A stretch of DNA of 64,000 nucleotides from Octopus vulgaris (GCA_951406725.2 OX597820.1:54002001-54066000); one strand, 5' to 3'. Positions 28,647 to 43,615 are shown, counted from the stretch's first letter. A program made the numbers and translations. Notes: generated by a model not told the origin, from the sequence alone.

Positions 28647-29160
28647 GGACAGGAAAAAAACAAGGACAGGTCATTCGGAGCTTCCTATCCTCAGTCGAGT
28701 TGCAGATCGTCTTTGCAGTTTCGGCCAGTTACACTCGAGACTGCTCCAATCTGGCCGGCCCAAAGAAAATCTAAGCTAAGAGCACTAGACTCTTTGGAAA
28801 GCAAGTAAATATATACGAAAACAACGACGAAAAAAAAGGAGAAATGGTACACAATTACAAATATAAGCTAGAGGACATTAACAACAGATGTCTTCTGACT
28901 AAGGACGAATTAAATTAAGCTGGCGTGTGTGGAAGTGAAGCCTTACGGCAGGAACACAAGAGATGAAAGTCATGGGAAGAAATGTAAGAGATGCTACACG
29001 GATGGTAGTCGAACCATGAAAGAAAGGTCAGGCTTAGCAGAACACTGGTAGTGGGCAGAGGAATTGAAGAATTAGAGAGGGACGAGATAGAGAGAAAAAG
29101 AAAGGAAAGGGCCAGAGTGAGGTAAAAGAAGAGGGAAAGTGAGAATGAAAATATACATCC
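28555..29160 (-). mobile_element. Penelope-like module homologous to 1-850
   Basis: Shared blocks ctgtccg-atgttttattg, gactgagga-ag-aag-c-cgaatga and accrgtgt-ctg-c-agcc-tga-ctttctttc. Confidence 0.6.
28681..28769 (-). ncRNA. Candidate non-circularly permuted hammerhead ribozyme, copy 2 (intact GUC site)
   Basis: Minus strand order: TTTTCT..GGCCGG..GCAG-TC-TCGAGT..CTGGCC-GAAA-CTGC..ACTCGA-CTGAGGA-t-AGGAAG; stems I, II and III fully paired. Confidence 0.65.
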
Positions 29161-29252
29161 ATATATACACACACACACGAATATATATATATATATATAT
29201 TTGTCATGCATGTTGCGAACAATAGCATCGTTGGTTACATCTGGGTAACTTC

Positions 29253-29311
<59 letters not shown>

Positions 29312-29819
29312 TGCATCTTGTGAACAATAGCATCTTTGGTTACAGCATATAACCTCTATTTCACTTGAGTGTAACAAATAACACAAGAGATGTTCTCTTT
29401 AAAACACTGGCTTATCGATTTTCTCATGGCTGCTCACATCTTTCGCCGATGTACATCACCGATTCACTCACTCTTTCACTTTCACACATGTATACACACG
29501 TATGAGAATGAGTACTGAACCTCCCACTGATGGATAGTATTTCTTTATTTGTGTATTAAGAATATCATTGGTTTCATGTTAAGAAAAATATTTTAATATC
29601 TTAATTTTTGTAGTCGATCACATGGAGGAATAGTGTTCGTTTCCATTTTGGATAAAAATACACAGCCACGTGAGGTCGGCCCGAAGCTATATAGTAGAGG
29701 ACACTTGCACAAGGTGTCACGAAGTGGGACTAAACCTGGAACCATGTGTTTGGAAAGTCAACTACTTCCCACACAGCTTCGTCTGCGCCTATTTATATAC
29801 ATATTTTATTTTAATGTTT

Positions 29820-30112
29820 ATCCATCCATCCATCCATAGTCTTCGCCTACCTTCCCTGAGATGGTCCCATTGTCAGCTAGGAGAAATCTGTCTTCTGATT
29901 CTTTTCCGTGACATTCTAATTGCATGATGTCTGTATTACCGGAGCTATGGCCTTTCAATGATGAGAAGCAGCAACTCAACCTGGAGAGACTCCCTGATCT
30001 CCGAGTTAACACCTTGTAGAGTATCGTTACTCCAGAAATCCTTTGGAAGAACCCCATTTCGGCCACTTGTATTTGCGATTTTTGTCTTCCGGTCATTAAC
30101 CAGTATTCATTA
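29820..30112 (-). mobile_element. RTE-type LINE 3' fragment
   Basis: QIQVAEMGFFQRISGVT peptide; (TGGA)n tail. Confidence 0.7.
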
Positions 30113-30466
30113 CCATTGCCATATTGAAATATAGAGAGTAAGAATTTTCTCAGCCATTTGTTTTGAAATATTTTTTTTAAACTGTGTGTTAAAAGCAATA
30201 TTGCTATCTTCAGGAAGAGTCATAACTGATTAAGTCAGTAAGCACAATTTTCGGTTGTTGCTTATCTATATTTTACTTCTCTTTCTTTTTCAAAATATCG
30301 TCTGTTATAGTATATGCATATGTGTGTATACACACGCACTCATACAAATATATATGCTAACATGCTCAAGCGTATATAAGTATGCCTCATTATGCACAGT
30401 TTTAAATACATGAATCTACACATACATCTCCACACATATCTACAGTTCTACATATCCACGGCAAAC

Positions 30467-30516
<50 letters not shown>

Positions 30517-31624
30517 GACGGGCTTCTTTCAGTTACAGTCTATCAAACCCACTCACAAGACTTTGATCGGCCCCAGGTTATAGTAGAAAAAATTTTTTTG
30601 CCAACGTGCCACGCAGTGGAACTGAACCTGGAGCCATGTGGTAGAGAAACAAGCTTCTTACCACACAGCCACGCCTGCGCCTATTAATTAACAGTTTACA
30701 TAAACAAAAAAATCTGTCCTACTTTGCCTTATCTGTCAGTAATTTGTTACTAGTGTTTAATACCTACCCTGATTATGGACACGTAAATTCCAGATGGCAA
30801 TAATTATGCTACAGCACAGAGAGGCTGAGATAATCTTAATAAACCAACATTATATGCTATGTGGTATGTCATATACCTGATGTGCTGATGATGTGCTGGT
30901 GACAGCTATTGAAACAGAAACATGCACCCACAGCTCTCCTCTTATTTCCATACAACACTTAACTCTCAAGATTATCTCCCCTTCTCTTGTGGAACTGGTC
31001 TTCGTTGTCATTTGGTAACTATGACCTCTTCAAGAAGCAGAGATAATAATCCTTTCTACTATAGGCAAAAGGCCACTATAGGCACAAGATCACATCGACC
31101 CCCAGTACTCAACTCGTACCTAATTTATCAACCCCGAAGAGATGAAAGACAAAGTCGACCTAAGTGGAATTTGAACTCAGAACATAGCGGCAGACGAAAT
31201 ACCTGTATTTTCGCAAGGCGCGCTAACGAGTTTGCCACCTCGCAGCCTTCGAAGCTGATATAATGGTAAATCAAGAAATTATGCTGTAAGAAAAATCGAA
31301 TAGCTGTGCGTGTGTGTGTGCGCGCGCGCGTGTGTTCATGTATCCATGCTTATGTTTGAGATTAAAATTCTTTATAATAGAGTCCAAATCAGTCGCTAAC
31401 AAAGTGACAGGACTTTTTTTAGTGACAACAATTCCCAGGGTTTGTAAATATGTGGTTGAGTTAGTATGTACATACATGTACGAGATGTGTACATTCCTGA
31501 TTTACGCTCTGTGTGAACATCTTTTTTTAGTAATTAGGGTTTTGTGCGCTTGTGAGCGCATCATCACTTTTTACATGCGTACCTTTATTGGTGCATGACC
31601 ATATGAATATGTATATGTATTTGT

Positions 31625-31720
<96 letters not shown>

Positions 31721-32099
31721 CTCTCTATCTCTATCTCCATCAGTACGAAAAACAAAAATATTTTAAAGGGAAGTAACCTACTACAAGATTAACCTCCCTT
31801 AGTAGGAACCACGTTTGTTTACGTAAATGGTAGTTAAGCCTTCCCACAGTTACAACTTAGCATTTTCATAACCTAGGAATACATTAGAAAATACAATACT
31901 AGATAAACATAACCTGAATAGGGGTGGATGGTAATGACATGAAACTCTATTTTGCCATCGATTTCGCCGTTGTCCTGGAGCTAAATTTAAACAACTACAA
32001 TTCAATACATTGTTTAATCGAGCACAAATGGAAAATGAAAAGAAAACAACATATGGTGGACATCGACGAAATTTGAACTCATTATTAAATACAACGAAG

Positions 32100-33112
32100 C
32101 CTGGCCGCGAAATTTGTTTCCCACGATAGTTCCGGACCCCAGTTGTGAAATCATTCGCATACAGCCAATCAGAGCTCAACTATCAGACTGATGTCCACCT
32201 AGTTACGAAAATACTCTGGTTGGGTTCAATAGCAAATGAGCGTCATAGCAAAATCTAACTGTCCTAAAGGGGTTAATAGGGGTGACAAATGTGAAATTTA
32301 GCGTATAAATTGAATGGAGAGCTGCTCACAGATGATGCCATAAGTGTTACCAATTTGCTGTATGGTAAGTAGCTTGCTTACGAACCATATGGTTCCGGGT
32401 TCAGTCCCACTAAGTGGTACCTTGGGCAAGTGTCTTCTACTATAGCCTCGGGCCGTGCAAAGTCTTGTGAGAGGATTTGATAGACGAAAACTGAAAGACG
32501 CCCGTCGTATATATGTATATATATATGTGTGTGTGTGTGTGCGTGTGTGTGTCTGTGTGTGTGTATATATGTTTGTGTGTCTGTGCTTGTCCCTCACAAC
32601 ATCGCTTGACAACAGATGCTGGAGTATTTACGTCCCCGTAACTTAGCGGTTCGGCAAAAGAGACCGATAGAATATGTACTAGGCTTACAAAGTATAAGTC
32701 CTGGGGTCGATTTGCTCGACTAAAGGCGGTGTTCCAGCATGGCCACAGTCAAATGACTGAAACAAGTAAAATAGTGAGAGTAAAAGAGTAATATGGCGTT
32801 GTGTTGTATTGCGCCCTCCTTGCATATATCAATGGGTACATGCAGTATCACTATTCTCAGTCTGAATATAGGTACCTAATGTTTACTCCATATAGAGATG
32901 GTGCTCAATTGATCTATGAGGATGGTGGCGGGGAATGTGAGACCGGCTGTGCTGCACTCACAGAGTGACATACACCATTCCATGCCTGACTAGCTGTACT
33001 GTTAGTAGTACACAGTACGTGGATTTTAAAGGTGAGTCCTGATTGGCTGTATCCAAATGAGTTCATTACTGGGGTCCGGAACTTTCGTGGGAAAAAAATT
33101 TCGCAGCCCAGT
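32100..33112. mobile_element. Non-autonomous DNA transposon with about 80-bp TIRs and a nested SINE A (32358-32790)
   Basis: 32101-32180 is the inverted complement of 33031-33111; a solo TIR copy lies at 42244-42311. Confidence 0.75.
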
Positions 33113-33347
33113 CCTGTGATGATTCTGACAATTCGTCACCAAACTGTGAATCTACCCAGAAAAATGTTTTTATGAACTGCTTATCTCCCCAACACCATAA
33201 AAATATCATTAACTATGAGTTATTTCCCTTAGAACTTTATAATTCTGTTATACAATAACATCTACTATCCTTTGGATCGCTAATAATAGAGAGACAAATG
33301 CAAACACGGAGATACGCATATTGTGGGTGTGTGCGTGTGTGTATAAT

Positions 33348-33882
<535 letters not shown>

Positions 33883-34018
33883 TACAATATAAAGGCATAC
33901 ATACACATGTAAAATGTTATGGGCCATAGGAACACCAATGTATATAGAGCTTGAAATGTTAGCTTTGAGCATCAATGATATGGAGTGGAGTGATTTTTTA
34001 TGTATGCATACATAATTA

Positions 34019-34127
<109 letters not shown>

Positions 34128-34741
34128 GTGTATGTGTGTGTGTGTCTGTCTGTGTCAGTGTGTGTGTTTAATATTTAAAATTCTTCCTGTAAGGGAGAAG
34201 CAAGTTTCTAAGATACAAAGCTCGATCGTGGAAGAGTAGATAGCAAAAACAATGTCTCATTTCAACTTCTGAAAATCTTTGAATATTTTTACTGTTCTGC
34301 TTACAGAATGTATTAATATACTTGTTAACCGACTGATTTCATTTTCTGAGTATCCTAGCTTATCCAGACTGTCATTTTGGCAAATTACGGGTTACATTCG
34401 GTAGCTCTAACAGTTACAGATTCAACAATCTAGCCATTGGATTTTTGTAAAAGAAATAACAGCCAACGATTGCATATATGTATATCTATGCCTAACCCTA
34501 TACCTACCTACCTACATACATACATACAGTTCCTGAAAGTTGTTTTTGATATCTTCTACGGATTGCTTGAAGCTCACTAATTTCCTACACTTTGATCCCT
34601 GGAGCTTACTTTATATATATATATTGTTGTATTTAGGGATGGTCATGTTGCCTGTTTAGCCAATAAAACACACGCACTATATATTTGGTGTTACTTTGCT
34701 TCAGCGTTATTTACTTTTTACATTAATCTTAATCTTATTTC

Positions 34742-34785
34742 GGCCAGAGTTATTTCGTCACACTTCTGTGACCTCATCAGTGGTC
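34742..34785 (-). ncRNA. Type I hammerhead ribozyme motif
   Basis: cca-CTGATGA-g-GTCACA gaag TGTGAC-GAAA-taac-TC-tgg, within a module at about 34620-34960. Confidence 0.75.
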
Positions 34786-34984
34786 CTTTGCTTTCTTCTC
34801 TCTTACTTGTGTGTTTTTCCTTACTAACGATCAGCCATTTTGTATTTTGTATTCGTATTGTATGTGTCTTTATTTGCGCATGCGTATACCCCTTTGTGTG
34901 TCTATGTTTAAATAACTGCGTGTGGGTGGGGAGTGCCAGTATTATCTGCATTCACTGTTTATACACGTTCGTGTATAAAAAAAA

Positions 34985-36700
34985 CAAATTACACGGGTAT
35001 ATATTCCTTCAAAACCAGGGAAATATGCAATTAAAATTTGGGCAATATGCGACAGGGAAACATCTTATGCCTGGAAATGAAAATCTCCACTGGAAGGGAC
35101 TCAGTAAAAGGGAGAGAGACAAATCAAAGTTCAAGAGTTGTTGAAGACCTAGTAAGATAACTTGAAAAAAACTGGTCGCAATATAATTTGTGATAATTTT
35201 TTTGCATGTCTAAGATTGACTGAAAAGCTGCTTAGCAAGAAAACTAATTTAGTTGGAACTATTAAAAAGAACAGAGTTCAATTTCCAAGTGCTTTCACAA
35301 ATGGAAAAGAAAGAGAAATCAACGGCACGAAATTTTAGGATTCCAAAAGGATTCTATGACCCTATCTTATTGTCCCTAGGAAAATTATGTAGTCACACTT
35401 ATGAGTACAATGCACTCTCAGCCTTCAATTGCTTCAAAAAGTACTGAAAAAAAAATCTGAAGTTATTACATATTACAACAAAACAAAAGAAGTAGACACC
35501 CAAGATACGATGGTAATGACATACATTTGCAAAAGAATGACTCGAAGATGGCCTTTGGTTATATTCTACTAGCAGCTAAGTCCGGTTTCACCCGGTCTGT
35601 TTGGATGATGTGGCTGTGATCGTTTTCGGTTAGGCATATGTGAATGGAAATTAAGTTCAGGCGTGTACATGGTAGCTACCGAGTAGAAATAGCAGCAAAA
35701 TCTCCCTCAAAACATCCTACTGTCTTAATCTGACAATTCTGCCTATTATGTAGTTTCAATGAGAAACTAACTAAAGATCAAGATTATTAACCCCACAAAG
35801 AGGTGAAAGAAGAGAAACAGCATAGCGAAAGTTTTGGCTGACTATCATCCTGTACTCCTCTTGTTGCTAGCGAAATGGTATATACCGGCTGTGTGAGCAA
35901 TTGGTTGCTTTAATGGCAGAACAAACAGGGGAATTCCATTAGAAAAGGTTTTAATCGATTTTCTCAATAAGTATGGGGGCTAGAAAAAAACTACAAACCG
36001 CATTCCAATCTATGCACCCATCTCCACATGTGTGCCCTTTTTACACGCGAATCCACCCAGCCGTTTGGCTGTGAACCTCAAGACAAGAAAGAATACAATG
36101 ATCCAATTTATATTATAGACAACATGATTGATATAAGTGCAGTGAATGCTTTCATTGTTTTTAAACAGCTTCACTTGCTAAGTTTCAAGGATAGAAGAAG
36201 ACAGCGCCTAATTCAGTTGGGAAAGGAACTTGTTGGAGTTAATGCTAAACAAGAACATGACAAGCAATCTTCTAGTTCCGCTAACATTTCTCAACCAAAC
36301 AAGAAAAGAAGACAATCTTCAGCCTCATTTGAGATTCCTCAGCTAAAGAAAAAACCGAAGATGTTCTTTGTGTGGCCCAGAAAAAGACAGGAAAACTCGT
36401 ATTACATGTAAGAATTGTAATATCTATGTTTGCCAAGAATATTCCAATGTCATTTGCATTCACTGCCATGGAGAGCAGTAATTCCGTATTTTTGTAATTT
36501 TAAAAATGTCTAACTTATTCTGTAAGCTGTATTATAAAAATTTGTGAGAAACAGTAATTCTTCATTCACCTGATAGCATATATAATGTAGCTAAGAAATA
36601 GTGGTAGTTTGAATAAAATTTAATTAAAAGAACAATATTGGGTCCATTGAACCTAGTTGATAATTAGTGGCATATATTTTCTCTGGTAGACCAAGGGTTA
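34985..36700 (+). pseudogene. Decayed piggyBac transposase and 3' end
   Basis: YIPSKPGKYAIKIWAICD, GRNIICDNFF, VGTIKKNR, CKRMTRRWPLVIFY|NMIDISAVNAF, Cys-rich C-terminus, 3' end gggtta. Confidence 0.9.
35569..36119 (-). mobile_element. Non-autonomous Helitron inserted in the piggyBac ORF
   Basis: 5' TC and 3' CTAG termini with subterminal hairpin ccgg..ccgg; removing it restores WPLVIFY-NMID. Confidence 0.8.
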
Positions 36701-36738
36701 GACAAGTTGTTCAACTGTTTTTATATTATTGGCTGTCA

Positions 36739-37545
36739 TGAACATTTAAACTTGTCAACATTGAAACTTTTAAACATGTTTTTCTAATTCATAATTCTAA
36801 ATGTGTCTGTTGTGAACATTTAAACTTATCCAGATTAAAACTTTTAAACATGATTTTCTAATTCATAATTCTAAATGTGTCTGTTGTGAACATTTAAACT
36901 TGTCCAGATTAAAACTTTTAAACATGTTTTTCTAATTCATAATTCTAAATGTGTCTGTTGTGAACATTTAAACTTGTCCAGATTAAAACTTTTAAACATG
37001 TTTTTCTAATTCATAATTCTAAATGTGTCTGTTGTGAACATTTAAACTTGTCCAGATTAAAACTTTTAAACATGTTTTTCTAATTCATAATTCTAAATGT
37101 GTCTGTTGTGAACATTTAAACTTGTCAACATTGAAACTTTTAAACATGTTTTTCTAATTCATAATTCTAAATGTGTCTGTTGTGAACATTTAAACTTGTC
37201 AACATTGAAACTTTTAAACATGTTTTTCTAATTCATAATTCTAAATGTGTCTGTTGTGAACATTTAAACTTGTCCAGATTAAAACTTTTAAACATGTTTT
37301 TCTAATTCATAATTCTAAATGTGTCTGTTGTGAACATTTAAACTTGTCCAGATTAAAACTTTTAAACCTGTTTTTCTAATTCATAATTCTAAATGTGTCT
37401 GTTGTGAACATTTAAACTTGTCCAGATTAAAACATTTAAACATGTTTTTCTAATTCATAATTCTAAATGTGTCTGTTATAAATATCTAAACTTGTCCAGA
37501 TTGAAACTTTTAACCATGTTTTTCTAATTCATAATTCTAAATTTT
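36739..37545. repeat. 74-bp tandem satellite, about 11 copies
   Basis: Unit gaacatttaaacttgtccagattaaaacttttaaacatgtttttctaattcataattctaaatgtgtctgttgt recurs at 36740, 36814, 36888 and onward. Confidence 0.95.
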
Positions 37546-37588
37546 TACCATTGATAAACGAAAAAGTATTGTTGAAACTAGTTTGGTA
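37546..37588 (+). ncRNA. Degenerate hammerhead motif abutting the satellite
   Basis: tacca-TTGATAA-ac...gtt-GAAA-ctag-TT-tggta; two transitions away from CTGATGA. Confidence 0.5.
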
Positions 37589-37686
37589 TATATGTAAATA
37601 AATTTATTTCAAAATAAACACAAGTGTTTCAACAACAATTTTTGTCTATACTTTTTTCCTGCGAGGAAATACACCCCCTTTTTTGT

Positions 37687-37719
<33 letters not shown>

Positions 37720-37860
37720 GTGTGTGTATGTGTGTGTGTGTGTATGTGTGTGTGTGTGCGTGCACATTCATATATACATATATATATATATATATCTATA
37801 TATAAACGACTGAACAAACGAATATACATATATATACATACATGCACATACATTCACACA

Positions 37861-38147
37861 TACATGCAGGAAATCGATTGGGAGAGCGATGTCTGTCATC
37901 GCCACAGATGGAGAAAGCAGATTAAAAAGGGGGTCGACACCTTTGAAAGAGCACGTATTCTGCATGAAGAATTTAAACGTGCTGCTCGAAAGCGCACTGC
38001 TAGCATAGTGAATGGGGAAAGCTTGGTTTGCAATGTTTGAGGTTGCGTATGCTTGTCAAGAGCAGGGCTCATTAGCCATCAACGGAGCGCACAATGTTCT
38101 TAAAGGTCAGCTATGGTCTTCCTCGGACATGAGTGGACGGCCATCAT
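37861..38147 (+). mobile_element. RTE LINE 3' end fragment
   Basis: WESDVCHRHRWRKQIKKG...LVCNV-GCVCLSRAGLISHQR terminal C2H2-like motif. Confidence 0.8.
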
Positions 38148-38275
38148 CCTGCATGTATACATATATATGTGTGTGTTTGTGTCTGTGTGTGTATTAGTGG
38201 CTCAGTGGTTAGAGCGTCGAGCTTACGATCGTGAGGTTGTGAGCTCGAATCCAATTTTATAGTAAAATATTATAT

Positions 38276-38379
38276 TATATTAAATTAGAGACAAAACCAC
38301 TATTAGGCAAATCAAACAATGAAAGACTTAAGCCAATACATATGTATTTAGATTTGCTTAATAGTGGTTTTTTCTCTAA

Positions 38380-38388
<9 letters not shown>
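38276..38388. repeat. 38-bp inverted repeat next to (TA)n, probable Penelope-like pLTR inversion
   Basis: Arms 38276-38313/38351-38388. Confidence 0.75.
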
Positions 38389-38436
<48 letters not shown>

Positions 38437-38438
<2 letters not shown>

Positions 38439-38855
38439 CGCAGGAGTGGCTGTGTGGTAAGTAGCTTGCTAACCAACCACATGGTTCCGGGCTCAGTCCC
38501 ACTGCGTGGCATCTTGGGCAAGTGTCTTCTACTATAGCCCCGGGCCGACCAATGCCTTGTGAGTGGATTTTGTAGACGGAAACTGAAAGAAGCCTGTCGT
38601 ATATATGTATATATATATATATGTGTATGCGTGTGTGTGTTTGTGTGTGCGTGTTTGTCCCCCTAGCATTGCTTGACAACCGATGCTGGTGTGTTTACGT
38701 CCCCGTCACATAGCGGTTCGGCAAAAGAGACCGATAGAATATGTACTGGGCTTACAAAGAATAAGTCACGGGGTCGATTTGCTCGACTAAAGGCGGTGCT
38801 CCAGCATGGTCGCAGTCAAATGACTGAAACAAGTAAAAGAGAGAGTAAAAAGAGT
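38437..38855 (+). mobile_element. Full-length SINE family A (reference copy)
   Basis: tRNA-like head ggcgcaggagtggctgtgtggtaag..., CORE-like body, internal (TA/TG)n, tail gtaaaagag. Confidence 0.92.
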
Positions 38856-39618
38856 ATATATATATATAATGTTCAGTTATAATAAAAACAATTTTAAATT
38901 AATCTTATGGGTTACTCTAGACTTTCGTAGAGTACAAATTTAATATTCTTACGCAAGAATGTTATTGGGAGTGACTACGAAGTTTCGGACAGCTAAGTCA
39001 TTATACACTCTCCATTATAGATTGCCGTTTTCTTTGTACCACGTCCACATGGAGTTGTTTATTGGGCATAACATAACGAAACACTGTTTAAGGAATAAGC
39101 ATTTTAACTCAGTGTAGGTTTTGCTAAATGCGTTCAGTTTGAAATTGCTAATTTCGCTCTGAAGTTACAGGTATTTACTTTGCCATCATTGTATTACAAA
39201 CACGAGGAGCTCAATACAAAGAATTAAGGGGACAATATATATATACAGCCATAAATACGTAAATATCTCGATCTAAAAGTTGCTTGTTCTTTAGTTAGAA
39301 TGTAGAGCGAGATCAAGTGGGAATGAAACGAAATATTGCGCTCGCGTAGAATCTATTTCACAAAATGAGGCCGTGTATTGATATATTTTATGCTGTTCTT
39401 TCACTTTAAAGAGAAATAAGATTTCGCATGTATTTATACTTTTATGTGCGTATATAAAATAAAAGTAAGGTATTTTGAATAGAAAAAATCAAAGGCTGCC
39501 CGATGTTTCAACTCGGTATTTACCAGTTATTATTTATAGCAGTTGTGTGTTTCGAGATCCACTTCAAAAAGTGATTTCACCTACTGACGAAAGTTTATAA
39601 ATTCCTATGACGTCAACA

Positions 39619-39724
<106 letters not shown>

Positions 39725-40243
39725 TATTAACCTATGTATAACAGTGTGTTTGTGTGTGTGAAAGGTTATGTAAAGTCTTTTTTTTCTTACTGTTTATACA
39801 TGGCACTCTCTACATTGAATCTGTCATTTAAGTTTCATATTCTTTCTCATCAATCTTCACGAAAAATAAATTCAATTGTTAGTGAAACTAATTCTACACA
39901 GACCAGCAAATGTTATAGGAGACTATTGTTGGGCCATAGAATTGGGTGAAATTACAGTCATTCTAAATAGAGGACAAGTTCCACCGGTCTGCGAGAATAA
40001 AAAGATTTATTTGGCCTGTGATCCAGCTGATGTTGAGTTATTGTTCCAAACAGGTTATTGAACAATGTCAGAGCAATATGAAGAAATAACTCATTTCTTG
40101 AAAGAGAAGAAAAAAAAAGAAAAGGAAAGAATTGTCAAAAGAAATAATCAAAAAATCTAATGAGATAGCACATTTTTATAACCACCTTCACAGTGAATCA
40201 TCGATCTATCGTCATCACCACTGTCAACATCACCACCTCCACT

Positions 40244-40277
<34 letters not shown>

Positions 40278-40607
40278 GTATCATCAAGGAATTCATATGA
40301 GACTTAAATATTCAGGTTCTTAACACCAACATTTAAGCCAAGGAGCGAATACATTTTGCGTTATCGGAAAAATATGACAGGCGTAGCAGTGTTAGTAAGA
40401 AGCTTGCTTCTCAACAAAGCGATCTTGGGTTCAGTCCCAAGTACGTGACATCTTGGGCAAGTTTCTTTTTATATAACCATAGGCCGATCAAAGCCTTTGT
40501 GAGTAGATTTGGCAGACAGAGACTGAAAGCTTGTCGTGTGTGTGCGCGTGTATGTTGTGTGTGTGAGAGTGCGTGTAAGTGTGTGTGAGTGCGTGGGAGA
40601 GAGAGGT

Positions 40608-40655
<48 letters not shown>

Positions 40656-40728
40656 CAGGCAGACAGACAGACAGGCAGACAGGCAGACAGGCAGGCAGGC
40701 AGGCAGACAGACAGACAGACAGATAGAC

Positions 40729-40808
<80 letters not shown>

Positions 40809-40809
40809 G

Positions 40810-40958
<149 letters not shown>

Positions 40959-41015
40959 GTATTGGTATAACAGCAACACCAACAACAATAGCGGCAAAAG
41001 CAGCAGCTGAGGTTA

Positions 41016-41246
41016 TTGTAATTCCTCGCCATATTGCGGATCACCTATCGCGGTTTATTATTTAAGCTTACGTCGATTCCTCCGTGGTGTTGTTTTTGCA
41101 TTTATCATAAAACAAATATATACAAGTTATAAAAATAATTTTAAAAATATGCAGTACAAAACTGTTTCTACTTCGCGGATTTTCGCCTAATCGCTGAAGG
41201 GTAGATGTTGGAACGTAACACCCGCGATAGTCGAGAGATTACTGCA
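41016..41246. mobile_element. Tigger/pogo-like MITE
   Basis: TIRs gtaattcctcgccatattgcgg / ccgcgatagtcgagagattac. Confidence 0.65.
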
Positions 41247-42720
41247 TACGAATAATGGCGATGGCAATATTGAATACTGTCATTAACACTGAAAGAGGAT
41301 GGTGATGATGATGATGATGATGACGACGATGATGATGATGATGGGGGCGCTGGTGCTGGTGACGATAGTTGTGAAGATGATGGTCGTGTCGGTCGTACCT
41401 TATTATAATAATGGTTCGATGACAGGAATTGTAATTAATGATCAAGGTAGATAGTAAGGGTGTGGACGGCGACGGGGATGATTGCTGATGGGGACTGTTG
41501 TGGGGTGAGGATTATTGATGTTAATGTTGATGATGATGATGATGGTGTTGGTGATGATGATGGTTCTAGTGCTACTGCTGCTTACCGCTCAGTGACACAT
41601 GGTAGTAAGTATTGTGGACTAATTATGGGTGACACGGCCGTATATAACAAATATAAAACACGTTTGACCGGTTTGCATTTGAAAGGGCGGGGACTTCCCT
41701 CATTGACGGTCATATTGAACTCATTAAAATAAAATTTAATGTAAAGTAAAAAGAAACAAAATTATGTTTTGATTGGGTTCGGATTCCCGCAATGTTCAAT
41801 TGTTAATATTTTCTATATCTCCTTAAGGTGGCGAGCTGGCAGAATCGTTAGCACGCCGGGCGAAATTCTCAGCGGTATTTCGTCTGCCGTTACGTTCTGA
41901 GTTCAAAGGTCGACATTGCCTTTCATCCTTTCGGGGTCGATTAAATAAGTGCCAGTTATGCACTGGGGTCGATATAATCGACTTAATCTGTTTATCTGTC
42001 CTTGTTTGTCCCCTCTATGTTTAGCCCCTTGAGGGCAGTAAAGAAATAAGAATCGTTGGCTCGCCAGGCAAACAACTTAGCAGCATTTCGTCCGTCTTTA
42101 CGTTCAGAGTCGAATTGCTACCAGTGTCAACTTTACCCTTCATCCCTTTGAGCACTGGGGTTAATGTAATCGTCTGGCCCACCCCACTAAATTTCTGGCT
42201 TTCTGCCAAAATTTTAAATCAATATCTTCCATTTCTTTAGAGCGGCCAGCGAAATTTTTTGTCGGACCCCATTTATGAACTCATTTGCATACAGCTACTC
42301 AGAGCTCAACTTTCAAACCAATTTATGAGCGCATAACAAGTGATGGACAATAAGATAAGGTCACTTGGGTAAGGAATGACCATGCTTCTTTTCTCCTTTA
42401 ATAATGCTTGTTGTTCTTGTTCTTGTTTCCACCATGGCTGCCTCTGCGTAGTTATTTGTGCTGTTGTTTACTTTGTAAAACAGTAAGGGGAGAGGGTTGC
42501 TAGCGCGTCACCCTCTACGCACATTTTTCCCATTCACATCTTTACCATATGGGGCCCTAATAAAATCCGATCATAGGTATAGATGCAACTCTAAATACTT
42601 GTCTCCTAAAATCAAAATACATTAAAGAACCCAATGTAATGTAATATATTGTTCAATGATGTTCTTTAATGTATTTTGCGCATGTGAATAGTATGTACGA
42701 TATGCTTATGTATATATATA

Positions 42721-43615
<895 letters not shown>

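Noticed and set aside
28670-28760. HDV-like ribozyme resemblance (GGCCGGC start, CGAAUG end) on the minus strand
   Set aside because: No P3/L3 UCC or P1.1 elements; the permuted hammerhead model explains the pairings better
36739-37545. Regular repeat array resembling CRISPR
   Set aside because: No unique spacers, 74-bp head-to-tail units, eukaryotic context, no cas genes
39535-39595. Minus-strand hairpin followed by GAAA
   Set aside because: No recognisable CUGANGA in register
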